From the human T2T-CHM13v2.0 reference genome, Homo sapiens: a stretch of 64,000 nt of DNA. The stretch lies in NCBI RefSeq assembly GCF_009914755.1, contig NC_060930.1. The stretch is one strand, 5' to 3'. Position numbers and translations under genes: made by a program. Below, piece by piece: positions 41,130 through 53,776 of the stretch; the stretch's first letter is position 1, and each line of letters begins with the position of its first letter. The notes under the pieces were generated by a model, which was given only the letters and a program-made list of their open reading frames with translations, was not told where the DNA came from and ran no database searches.

Positions 41130-42410
41130 ATTCAAACTTTATCTTATAAAACATGACATGTTTAAAACCAAAATATATCCCCTTTCCAAAACCAGCTTCA
41201 CTTGTAGCCTTCTTCATCACAATTGAAAACAATTTATACTCCAAACTTCTGAAGACAACAATCATTAAATTTTCCTTGATTTCTCTCTTTTTTCCACATT
41301 CTAAATCTAATCAATCAGAAAATTCTATTGACTTTACTTTCAAAATAGTCCCCGAATCAAAATACTTTTTATCACTTTTCCTGTTATAACACCAGCGTCC
41401 AAGCCCAGATTACTGTTAGCCTCTTAGCTGGACTCCCTAATTATAATGTAAACATCCCTATAGACATTATAAAATTAATCAGGGAAGAAGAAAGGGGAGA
41501 AATAAAAATAAATCAAGTTTGCTGCACATCCAGCATTAATCATTAGGTTAGTTAATGCTTGGACTCATGCTCTTAGAGCTGTTTGATGCCTATTGCCTCA
41601 GAATCATGCAGACTCTGTCTTAATATTATAGTTCCTCTTAACAGCTCTATAAATAGCAATTTTAAGATTATGAAAGGTTATGCTTTCCCTTTGAGATATT
41701 TTTCAGGTCCTGCATACCATGAAACTACTGACACTAGCTGTTCTGAAGGATCCTATGAGGGGGTGATTCACCAAATAATGCAGTTTTCAAATTCTGATGA
41801 TTGTATTCCCCCATCCTGACCAATCAACAAAAATTCCAATTTTTCATCCCCTTGCCCTCCACAATCCCCTTAAACATTCCATTCCAGATCTCCTCAGGGA
41901 GATGGATTTTAGGGCCTCCTCCCATTCCCTCACTCAGCATCTAGCAATGGTTAAACTCTTTCACTCTTTCTCTGCTGCAAACTCTACTGTCTCAGTGTAT
42001 TGGTATGTTACTGAGCAGTGAGCATATTAACTTGGTCCTATTAACATTACCTTTGCTCCCTAACAGATTGTTTTGAAAACCCATCGTAATCAGATCATGT
42101 CACTTATTTGCTCAAAACCCTGCAATGCTTCTCACTTCACTAAAAGTATGTCGAATGTCCTAACTTGTCATGAGGCCCCACATAAATTGGCCCCTGTTCT
42201 TCTTTGATCTAATTTGCTTCTTCTCTCCTCTTTCTCAGTTTATTGTAGCAACAGTGGCCTTCTCCATGAGCAAAAAGTCATATTCTGCTCTTAAAGATTT
42301 TGTACTGCCATTGCCTTGACTCTGAATATTCTCCCACTCTTTCTCCTGAAATTCAAATAGCTAACTCACATATCTGCCTTAAGCCTTTGCTTGAATGCCA
42401 CTTGAATATA
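41130..42410 (+). mobile_element. L2 remnant split by an LTR insertion
   Basis: L2 blocks (aatcaatcagaaaattctattg; ctcttagctggactccct) resume after 42047 (gatcatgtcacttatttgctcaaaaccctgcaatg). Confidence 0.7.
41447..42046 (+). mobile_element. Solo ERV1 LTR (LTR26-like; name tentative)
   Basis: tg...ccctatagacattataaaattaatcagggaagaag...ctgctgcaaactctactgtctcagtgtattgg...aca, with TG..CA termini, 600 bp. Confidence 0.75.
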
Positions 42411-43990
42411 TTATTCTATTGTCTCTGGCATTTACTGTTTCTGCTTAAAAATTTGCTGTCAATCTAGTTGCATTATCTTGTAACTAATCCATCTTTTTCT
42501 TTCTTGCTGCATCTACAATTTTCTGTTTGTTTTGGTTTCCTCTAGTATCATTACAGTGTGTCTGCATGTTTCTACCCTCATTTGGACTTAATTATCTCAA
42601 ATTTGAAGATTCATGCCTGCTATAGATGTGAATCTTCAAATTCAAGATAATTTGTGTTCCCTCAAAATATACATGTTAAAGACTTAATCTTCAATTTGAT
42701 AGTATTTGGAGGTAGACTCTTTGGCAGGTAATTAGATTTGAATGAGATGATAGGGTTAGAACTTCCATAATGGGATTAGTGCCCTTGTAATGGGCAGAAG
42801 AGACCTGAATGAGCTCTCTCTCTCTTTCTTTCTGTCTCATTATCCCTCTCTCTCTCTCTCTTTCTCTCTCTCCAACATGTGAAGAACCTAGGAAGAGGGC
42901 CCTCACCAGAAACCAACCATGTTGGGGACCCTGGTCTCAGACTCCTCAGCCTCTGGAGCTGTGAGAAATAAATATTTGTTGTTTAAGCCACCTGGTCTGT
43001 GTCACTCTTGTTATGACATCTTGACATAAGACAATGTCTTTCATCAATTCTGGAACTTACCTCTAAAATAGTACCTCTTCTTCATTTTCCATTTGCTTCA
43101 TCTGGAGTTCGTATTAGAATTTTATTGTAGCTTATTACTCTATCTTCCATGTTTTATATTTTGTCTTTCAGAAATATGTTCCCATTATATTTCTCTCTGT
43201 TACATCCTGAATAAATTCTTTGGTGTTTTCTAAATCCCTCTTCCACTGTGTCTAATCTGTGGCTTCACTTACCTATTGAGTGTTTAATTTCAAAGACTAT
43301 ATTTTCAAATATTAGGAGATTCATTGTGTATTTTTTTCAAAGCTTATTTCATCTTGACTTGTTTTATAGTTTCTATTTGAAAACTCCATTAAGCTGAAGT
43401 TCCATTATATCATTGCAGTTTTTCCATTGACTTGCTCAAGGTAAATGATTTTCTCATGTATTTTCTAATTTTATTATTACAAAATTGAAAATAATATATA
43501 TACAATAATAGCAGTACAGAGTTGTTGAATAAATATATTTAGATCCTGGACAGAAACAAACACAGAACTTCTCTAAAGAGAAACATGCTTAGTCTAGCCA
43601 CAAAGATGTTTTACCAATGAATTTCTAAATGAGGGTAGGTATGAATGAGGGCAGGGCTCAACAAAAAGCGACAAATTTCCTTCTGCTGCAAATCACCTTT
43701 TATTGTATTTTTTCTATTTTAACAGTTTCCGAGGAAATAACCGTTTATTGCTCTTAGGGTTTTTTTTTTTTTGTGGATCTTAGATCTAATCCACTCTGCT
43801 TGCTCAAGGTCTCATCTCCTTTTCTGCTTTTGTGACAACCACAGCCCTAGGTTACTGTCACTAACAATCTTTCCCTATGTCCTCCAGAGTTCTATCTCAG
43901 TGTTTAGCTCCTGTTGAATTCCCTAATTGGCAAGTTTAATAGTTTGTTTAAAATATATTTCTTGCATATTTCAGTATTTGTAAACCATGC
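42410..43990 (-). mobile_element. HAL1/L1ME-like antisense remnant interrupted by MLT1A
   Basis: T-rich: tttgctgtcaatctagttg...gaagattcatg|tctttcatcaattctgga...tctggagttcgtattag. Confidence 0.55.
42618..43033 (+). mobile_element. MLT1A-like MaLR solo LTR
   Basis: tgctatag...ataatgggattagtgcccttg...ccctcaccagaaacc...gtgagaaataaatatttgttgtttaagccac...aagaca. TSD atgcc/atgtc. Confidence 0.85.
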
Positions 43991-44700
43991 AGTATTCCAT
44001 ATTATGGTATTACAATGTGCTAGATGCGATCATATTCTCTGAATATAAAAATGAATAATAATTCATAGCCCAATTTTCCTTGATTTTAAATTTTCTGTTG
44101 ATTGATCAACTTTATTCTAAGATTATATGGTGTTTATGCAATGACACCTCATTTAAAGACAGCAGATCCTTATTTTTCTGCCTTATATTGCCATGATACT
44201 TACATTCAAATATACTTGAGCCTCTGTTTCTTTTTCAACAAAATAGGTACAATTCTATGAGCTTCTGATATAATTAACTTCATTTATACAATTTATTAAT
44301 ATATCTATAAAATGTTTTCAATTTCAAAATATAGCATATTTTCATACTATATTTTGAAATTAAACAATTAAAATTTCTCATTGATTTCTCATAAAAAAGT
44401 AGTTTTTCCATACGCTTCAATGTCAGCAAACAACATTGGTGCAAATTGAAATTACTTTAGATTAGACATAAAGAAGAGGCAAAGTTCTGTCCCTGAATGT
44501 GATACTGTACCAGTCAAGGCATGATGTCAGCATAACATCAAGTTTTAAACCAAACTAAAAGTCTACAAAGGGCACTGGTAGCGAACCTTTTTATTCTATA
44601 TGGCTCTGAGAAACAGATGCAGAGCAACACATATAGGGCTTCTGGCTGCCAGTAGAGCGGCATTTAAGAACATCAGCTTTTGACCTTATCTTCAAATATT

Positions 44701-44744
44701 GGGACCCAATCAAGTCCGGGACCCAGTCAAGTCCGGGACCCAAT
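44701..44744. repeat. 17-bp tandem repeat, about 2.6 copies
   Basis: gggacccaatcaagtcc gggacccagtcaagtcc gggacccaat. Confidence 0.9.
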
Positions 44745-45219
44745 GTGATGACATACCTGCTACAAAGATTCTCAATGCCATCTCAGTGTGAAAATGGTGC
44801 ATTACAATTAATAGACCAACTAGCTGTTCAAGTTGTAGATTGACATGAGCTACTTATAAGTATTATAAGTAAAGAAAAACAATCCACCAAACAACATGGC
44901 TAGTGAAAAAACAATGTGGTCTTCCCACAGGATGATGCTCCTAAAATTGCCCCCTTGTCACAGAACGTTCTTTGAATGGGTTTCCAGATAGTGATGGTGT
45001 GTCAGGACAATAACACATATCCCTAAGGGACAGGAGTAAGGACAGCCTCGGGCCCTTTGGGGAGAGGTTTTGTGGACAAAGCCAAACATTTTGATTAAAC
45101 CACCCCCCCTGTGCCTTTAGATTATAGAGAATTTTGTTCTCTCCTGCTAAACTGACATCGTAATGGCACCTTAAGTAATGTTACCTAACTGAACGCTGCC
45201 AAGGAATAGTGCTAGCGTG

Positions 45220-45230
45220 TATATAAAAGG
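45220..45230 (+). promoter_or_regulatory. Candidate TATA box
   Basis: TATATAAAAGG with GC-rich flanks in apparently unique sequence. Motif only, no transcript evidence. Confidence 0.3.
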
Positions 45231-46592
45231 TGGCGGCCAGCAGGTAAAATGTGGACTGAATCAGGCGGCAGACAAGGCAAAGCTGAGCCAGAAACACAAA
45301 GACGATTTATTCATAAACCAAGGCTATTCTTCCATGCAGGCACTGTGGACAAGTCTGCTGTTCTCATGCTGATTTTCTGTTATCCCTTTACATTCTGAAA
45401 ACAACACTGCCAGCAGAAGCGCTGTCCAACATGAACACTTCTGTGTGTCTACCAGTTGCCTTGTTTTTGTAACCCTAAATGCTAACTACTTCCATTTATT
45501 TCTCCCATTCCTTTCTCCTAAACAAATACGTGCAGAGTGAAGTTGCCAGGGAAATGTCTGAGTTTGTAAAAAGGGTAATATCCCAGAATGGAGCTTCAGT
45601 ATTTTTCTATGGCCTTACTATTTTTTTTTTTCCCTTTTTCTTTTTCTGTCTTGTGTTTCATTTGGTATCTTTGAGAAGGATCCAAGTGCTCAGTAAGCTA
45701 ACATTCTTTGGTGTTTTACATTTACTGACTTACAGTGGCATGGATAGTCTCACCCACACACTTCAGATCATTAACATATGTGTGTATTGTCCCATCTTTT
45801 GTTGTTACATCTTGAGATAAACCAGTATTTGATAGCAGCATTGTCAAACTAATTCTAGAGAAAAGAGAAAATGTTTCATACGCTTTCATGCTGCCTTCCA
45901 AAAAAAGATTATAAGCTACTTCAAGGCAAAGTTTGTAATCCTTCTATATCTTCTCTATCCAGCACTAGTTATTTGTGCTGGTATGTCTACCTTTACACTC
46001 TCCCCTCCACGCCCAATCCTTTCTGCATTTCATCGAAAATTTATCCTTCGCCAAATACCACTCATCATCCACTCACCTGCTTTAAAACTTTCAGTAGATC
46101 TTGAAAACTGACAGGACAAACTATGCACTTCATGATTTAATTTATTATTTTAGCCTTGTTACACATTGCTCTTCATCCAAGCACCAAAAATAATTGTGTG
46201 CATTTGGTAGTCTTCAAGATTAGAATGAGTGGAAGGGGAGGGATAGAGTCAGGGGTAGGCAGAGTAACACTCAAATCTGCAGGTCAGGGACTTGCCATCC
46301 TACAGTAATGACTGCAGTGGTATAGGAGTGGAGTCTGGGGCAGTTGCCTGACAGGGCTGGACATTTGCACTTGTAGTCAAGACCATCCTTGAAACTGTGA
46401 ATACTGTGAATGTGGGCTTCTCCAAAGCTTAAAGTGGAATTCCAAAAGAAGAAGCAAAGCAGAACAAATAACAATGTTTAAACTGTGGTACAGAGAAGAC
46501 AACTGTGAACCCTATTTTTTAAATTTGATAGTAGCATTGAGGCTCTGTTCATTATTGCTCATTTAGCAGATTCTATTATGTGCTTTCAGTGA

Positions 46593-46593
<1 letters not shown>

Positions 46594-46626
<33 letters not shown>
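46594..46626. repeat. (TG)n microsatellite
   Basis: About 16 TG units. Confidence 0.95.
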
Positions 46627-46627
<1 letters not shown>

Positions 46628-47817
46628 CTTCTGAATAACAAGAGCAAAATGAATAAATGTCTAGGTTTTGGGAGGTCAAAGTCAAGTAATCTATTTCTTC
46701 TCAATTTTAAAAAAGGCATGACTATGAAAAAATATTAATCAAATTAATTCTTTTCTAAAGAATTGAATATTTTAAATAAAAAATGAAATAAATTCAATAA
46801 ATTATTTTGTTATAGTATTATAAGCAAGTACATATTTTATTCCTTGAATGTTAAAATAATAGAGGTAACATCACACTAATATAAATTAACACAGTAAAAT
46901 TGAAATAAAATAAATATGAATGGTATAGTGAAAATATACTAAATTATATGGCAAAACATACATATGACCGTTAGAAGCTATCAAATGTTTTCTTCATTCC
47001 TAGAGAATATCTAAAAATTAAATGTCACATGTGGCTTTTAGAAAGAAACATTAGGTATATTCTGATGTGATTTGTTAAATGCACAAATCACATACACCAT
47101 TTTGTTATTTGATTCTTGCTTTCAACTCTTTAGATTTCATTGGATATATCGTACTGACATGTCTAACATTCAGTTAATTGGTTCACATCAGTCTTGACTC
47201 TTTAATAGCCTGTGCCTCCATGATTAGTGCTCCCTCTCTATTAGCCTGCCATTTGGGAACCCAAGATCTGTATATCATGAAGTAATGATAATAAAAAGAC
47301 AGTTTCACATACAACAGGATTTTATAGAAATTAAAATGCTAAGTTTATGTCCCATTTTCTTTATTCTTATGGGGAAGAGTACTTTACAATAAACATTTTT
47401 GCATTTGGTGCTTTATTTGATCCAGACAAAAATAGACTACATAAGCTATTTTCTCTTGAGTATGTGATTAATGAATTATCTGCTTATCCCCTAATTGCCA
47501 TAAAGGGAATGGAGTTGCTTGTGGCAGATTAATAAAAATCCTTGAGTGACTAGTTAGTATTGCCTGTCTAATATTTCATGTGAGTTACTTTTCAAACATG
47601 CAATTACCAGCCACAGATAGCTACTGCATAGAACTAAGAAAAGAAGGTATACTCAGGAGGCATTTTCCTTACCTAGCCTGCAAGTGATTGTTTTTGTGTG
47701 GGTAATAATAATTTGATGCTGTTTGAAGTACATTGCTTTCTTTTTTTTTCAACTCAGAACACAATTATGCAAAGGAAGATGTAACAAACAGACAGGTAAA
47801 CAAATATCTTCTCAGTG

Positions 47818-47946
47818 TCTTTTTATTTTTTTTTCCTTTTACTCATACAAGATATTTTACATACTTGTGGAGTACAAGTGATAATTTTTTACACACATAG
47901 AATGTGTAATAATCAAGTCTGGATATTTTGAGTACCCATCACTTCT
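47818..47946 (-). mobile_element. Short L1MA 3'-end fragment
   Basis: T-run followed by tacatacttgtggagtacaagtgata...aatgtgtaataatcaagtc...ccatcac. Confidence 0.7.
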
Positions 47947-48034
47947 GAAGACCAGAAGAGAAAACAAGAAAGAGAATCTTGGACCAGAAGCCAAAATATA
48001 CAGGTTATCTATCTAATATTCCACTATGTGTATT

Positions 48035-48345
48035 AATCATAGAACCTTCCAAGATGGACTGTCACTTAGAACTTATTGAGTTCAACTTTTAATGATTATA
48101 GGAATTCTATAAAATATCACTGAAGAAGGCTCTTTTGCCTAGCTCACATTTTGGAAACTCACCATCCTATTAAGCAGCCTCTTTCACTGAGAAAAGTAAA
48201 ATCTATTTCCCTTTTACTTTCACTCATGGATCTTGGGGTTCTGTCCCCTTAGAGTCATATGAAACAAATCAACTCCCTTTAGCAATTGGTAATCCTTCAC
48301 ATATTCAAAAATAGCCATCACAGTAACTCTAATTCTCTTTCAAAT
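48035..48345 (-). mobile_element. L3/CR1 remnant
   Basis: tcatagaacc...gaaactcacca...ggttctgtcccctt...aatccttcacatattcaaaaatagccatca. Confidence 0.5.
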
Positions 48346-48814
48346 GTCACACCAGTAAGTTTACGATCCTGTACAAGTCTCTACATACAGTCTTTCCTGC
48401 GCTTGTTATTTCTTTTTCTTTTAATATTCTAATTACTTTAGAACTCACAAATTAAATTTTCATTGCTAATTTGGCAAATATTTTTCACATGAATTTCATT
48501 GAATCTAAGTCTACTACTTTGTTGAAAATGCGTATGCCAATATTGGCATATTTACTAAGAAATGCTACCCAAATTGTAATAAACCAGGCCATGTGACTTT
48601 TAGGGAAATTCGTCACAGCTCAAGGTTTTTTATTTTAAACTTGGCATATTGAGGAAAACAATAGTTTTAATGCTAGAGCTGCTTGCACTCAGTTATTACA
48701 TGCCAAAGATTAATATAACATTTTACAGACAATTTCTTCATGTACAATGAATAATACACTTCAGTAAAAGCTCTAGGAGACTAGGCTATATTCACCTTCT
48801 AATAAAGTCACCTA

Positions 48815-49057
<243 letters not shown>

Positions 49058-49347
49058 TCATAAGCTTGGGCTCAGAGCAGAGAGAGGAAGAAAACAGTGA
49101 CAGATATTTGATTCAAATCAAGGAGAAGGCTAATGAATAATCCTTGCTCAATAACAGAGTATATCTCCCATTGAACAAGATGGTCATGTCCTCCAGATTC
49201 AAGGTTTCTCTCCTCTGTGAAATAGTGAGTATATACCACCAAGTTTTGCCTCTCTGAACTGTTATTGCTATGGCTTTATATATATAGTAAATATATATAA
49301 AGCATAAATATATACATTTAAGTATAAATATATATATTAAGTATATG

Positions 49348-49442
49348 TATACTTAAATATATTATACTATATCTATTTATGTATATTTATACTTAAATAT
49401 ATTATACTATATCTATTTATGTATATTTATACTTAAATATAT
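49348..49442. repeat. 40-bp AT-rich tandem repeat, about 2.4 perfect copies
   Basis: Unit tatacttaaatatattatactatatctatttatgtatatt; acttaaatat recurs at 49351, 49391 and 49431. Confidence 0.9.
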
Positions 49443-52109
49443 ATATATTTTACTTCGGAAGCATTTTAGCCACAGTTTTCTTTTTATTAATCAAATTATC
49501 AGAGTTCTTGAAGTGAACGCTCTTTCCCGTACTCTTGCTCTTATCTGTCCTAGTTCTCTGTTTTAATTAAAACTCAATACTTAGTATTTGTCAATATTAA
49601 TTTCCATCTTATTTCCTTCCCAAATTTCTTTTCAAGTTTTTAACATCCAGTATAGTAGTGAATAGATTTGTGAACTATCTATAATCTGTCATCATATCAT
49701 CTGCGTCTTAGGTTAGAGTAATCCACAAATGACACTAGCTGTAACTTTTCTATTACTATCTTACATTGTAATCCTGGGCCAATCACTGAGCTTCTGAGAG
49801 ACTTAATTTTGAAATCTATTCAGGCACTACAACAATTTGAATGACTTTAATCCTATATCTTGGAGACTTTTCGTGTCTGAACTGAATGTACAGTTTTGTA
49901 CGTGGAATAATGGGAGAAGGTGGAACATCCTGCTCAGGAGCCAGATTAGCTGTGAATCAAGAAGCAATGTCAGGGGACCAGCAAAACCACAACCTGGGCA
50001 GAATTTCCAAATATGTCTTCAAACAAAAGTAGTACAAAGAACAGGGAACATCCAGGTAAGAAGGCAACATTACAGAGACTGAAGAAATTAAAGCAGAGAC
50101 AAAGACTGCTCAAAGCAGAGAGGTGGATGTGAATCTCGGTGTCATTTACAGAGGTAGACTTTTAAATAATCCCTTAGCTATAGATAAGGCTATGCCTTGA
50201 GTGCTTTAAATTACAACCTTGGCTTGACATTAAATTTTCTTTCGGGTGCTATCACATCTTAATGTTATATATATTCTTCTATCTCTGATTCTCGTAAGGC
50301 TTCCAGCTCTCTACATATTTGATTGAAAGATGGATTATTAAGGTCAGTTATAATCTGTATGTTCCAATCAGTACAGCAGGCACCAAATATGGAGATGACA
50401 CAGTTTATTGCAAGTGCTTAGCTTACTGTATTTTTATTGTCTAATCTCCAATTGGATTTACATGTTATCACTGGCTCAGACATGACAGAGAATGGTGTAA
50501 GATGGAGAAAAACTGAAGTCATAATGTTACAGGGTCAGTATCCTCTACACTTGAGAATAGTTGAGGTCCTCTTCCATTTATTATGCATGGATGATTTATA
50601 TGAATGTGGAGTACAACCAGATTTTTTTTATTGGATTTATGTCACCTGAAAAGCAATACACTCTATGGGTTTGCCCTTGACAATCTGAAATGTGGCTTAA
50701 AGTTGGGTAGCTGGTAGTTTCCTCAGGTATTGTCTGTCTGCTAGATATTATTTTGAAAGAGAAATAGCAAAGTTAAAAACCATAGTTGTAGTGAAAGGAG
50801 GAAATGTAGTGCATTGTAAATTCTTGGGGATGAGGTACATGAGTTCTGTTGGCAGGAATGGATATTGCTGCAGAAGGATTCTCAAATAACTGGTTGGTAT
50901 ATTCTGTGATTGCTCATTCATCTAGGGTGAAGGTTATGGTCAAGTACAGGAATACTAGCAGAGGTTTGAAAAAATGCCAACCTATTCTGAGAAACAAAAG
51001 GGAGACTATGATGGAATATCAGATCACTTGAGATGTGAAGGGGTCAAAGAGTTCAATGACAAGGTTGCAGTGGTGACTGTTATGAATGGGGATGAGGAAG
51101 AGAGCAGGTACCAGAGTACAGTGTCCGTGGCCAATGTGAGGGACATATGTTGACGATATGAATGTAAATGTTGATCAATGTCAAAAGTGCTATGGATTTT
51201 GATATGGATTTTCTATATGTGAGTAATACAACCAAATGATGACTTACTACATGGAGCTGGGGAGAAGACAGACACACCCTGGCATCTGAGTCCTCATGTG
51301 GTTAGTGATGAGGAAAAAAATCGAACGTTTATAGATTGTCGCTCCTGGCCAATAAAAGGGGAAAATAGCAATGGCCTATGAAGAGGGAAGAGAGGTTATG
51401 ATTATTCTTGTTGTTAGTGTGGAGTAAAGTTACTTATGAAATCAATTTTCTTCCTCCTGTTTTTTTCCCTTCTCTGCAATTCTAACAGGTAGTTCCATAT
51501 TCATTTTCAATGGAGAAATGTTAAGGATAACAGACAGAAGCTCAGATGGTTGCCTGGTTTTGGTTTACCACCATATCAAGAAGAGGAGGAAGAAGGAAAA
51601 TGGGGTGAGCATGTTCAAAAATCTCTAAAGATAGGGCTAGAGTTAAAAGACTTCTAGAAAACATTATGGTAAATGGCTTATTTGAAGGGCTTTTTTTCTG
51701 TTGTAAGAGCTATTTGAAAGTAGAGACATTACTACTCCTGCCTCTGTGCCCAGATATATAACGGCTGCCCTTGCCATAGGTGCCTGATGAAATCTTCCCT
51801 TGACCAGGAGCTCATTCAGATTAATGCCACCCAGCAGGAGTTAGGCCCACATATATGTCTCTTTATTAAATGATATTGTTTCATGTCTATGTCCAGTTTA
51901 TCACTTGTGGAATATTTTCACTATTTTACATTATGGGGCATCTATAAACCTCAAGAAAATGGCTATATCCTAGTTATCTAGCAGAGAGGTTATGGGGGAG
52001 AGATGGCACATCTGGTTTTAGATAGGGCTGAAAGCAGTCTGTACCTGGACAATAATTGAATGCAACTCAAGTTTCTCTGTAGTTTGGGTGAACATAAGCA
52101 ATAATTTTA

Positions 52110-52650
52110 TTACTGAGAAAGGAGAAAGAATAGATTGAGGAAATGATGATGCTGTCTATATTAAGCACTGAGTTTGAGATGTATCTGAAACTGCTAAGTG
52201 GAGATTTGCAATAAGTGATTGGATAAATTGAAATCTTACCAGTTAATGATTTGGAAATGTATACTGGGATGTAACAACATCTAAGTTATTTCTGAAAAAC
52301 ATTGAATCTAGTCACCTAAATGGCTGTATGCCCAGTCATTTAGATTTGGTCATTTAGATTGTATGCCCAAGACATACAATGTATAAGGAATAAAAGCATT
52401 GAAAACACATGTTTACGGAAAACAGGAGAATTCATATGACATGCTAAAAAGGAGCTAATTAACTTGGTAGAAGGAAATAGTGATGTCAGACAAGCAAGGA
52501 AAGTTGTAATGAGTCATCATGTCAAATGTTAGGACAGCGAGAACAAAAGAAGGACTACTAAGTGTTCAGTGAGTTTTGAAATGTATAATTAACGACCTTA
52601 GTGAACAAATTATTTGGAGTAATGTGGTATGAGTGTTTTACTGCATTAAG
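52110..52650 (-). mobile_element. L2 remnant
   Basis: gagtttgagatgtatctgaaactgctaagtggagat...gtcaaatg...aagtgttcagtgagtttt. Confidence 0.5.
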
Positions 52651-52967
52651 CAGAGCAATAAAAAAGTGGAGGTGATCTTGTCGTAAAAATAAAGAATAAA
52701 CATAGTGGTACACTTAGTAGATACAGGAACAAAGTCAATGGAATTTGTATTTTTATAATTAAGTTTTCAAGATGAGAAAGTCTTAGAGATGTCCAAAAAA
52801 AAAAAAAAACAGTAAAGAGAGAGAGAGTTTGAAAACACATGGGAGAAAAGGCATAACTGATGGTACAAGCCATATAGCCTAAGCCATATTACCTTGCTAG
52901 ATAAATGTAGGTGTGTATTTGTGGACGTGAACTGAACTTTTTTTCTCTGCCAAGAAAAGAGAATTCA

Positions 52968-53776
52968 TTATATCTGCATAGCATTCCATGGTGTATATGT
53001 AGCACATTTTCTTTATCCAGTTTATCACTGATGGACATTTAGGTTGATTCTACGTGTTTGCTAATGTGAATAGTGCTGCAATGAACGTATATGTGCATGT
53101 GTCTTTATAATAGAATGATTTATATTCCTTTGAGTATATACCAAGTAATGGAATTTGCTGTGTCAAATGATATTTCTGTCTTTGGGTCTTTGAGAAATCA
53201 CCACAACGTTTTCCACAGTGGCTGATCTAAGTTACACTCCCATCAACAGTGTAAAAGTATTCCTTTTTTTCCACAACCTCACCAGCATCTGTTATTTTTT
53301 GACTTTTTAATAGTAACCATTCTGACTGGTGTTAGTTGGTATCTCATTGTGGTTTTGATTTGCATTTATCTAATGATAGGTGACATTGAGACTTTTTCAC
53401 ATGATTGTTGGTTGCACGTATGTCTTCTTTTGAAAAGTGTGATCATGTCCTTTGCAGGGACATGGATTGAGCTGGGGGCCATTATCCTTAGCAAACTAAT
53501 ACAGGAACAGAAAACCAAATACTGCATGTGTACACTAATAAATGGGAGCTAAATGATGAGAGCACATGGTCACATAGAGGGGAACAACACACCCTGGGGC
53601 CTTTCATAGTGTGAAGGGTGGGAGGAGGGATAGGATCAGGAAAAATAACTAATGGGTTCTAGGCTTAATACCTGGGTGATAAAAGAATCTGTACAACAAA
53701 CTCCCATGACACAAGTTTACCTATGTAGCAAACCTGCACTTGTACCACTGAACTTAAAATACAAGTTTAAAAAAAA
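52968..53776 (+). mobile_element. Older L1PA (PA13-16-like) with 5' inversion (antisense 52968-53440, sense 53441-53776)
   Basis: Orientation switch at tgaaaagtgt|gatcatgtcc. 3'UTR ggatcaggaaaaataactaatggg. Degenerate TSD aagaaaag(a/g)gaa. Confidence 0.88.

Noticed and set aside
48533-48550. Perfect 18-bp palindrome tatgccaatattggcata
   Set aside because: The palindrome is real, but 9-bp arms are close to chance expectation in 64 kb of AT-rich DNA, and the NFI half-sites are in the non-canonical orientation.
50200-51500. Purine-rich stretch with short ORFs
   Set aside because: Probably ancient LINE (L2-like) internal debris. I cannot assign it confidently and see no coding signal.
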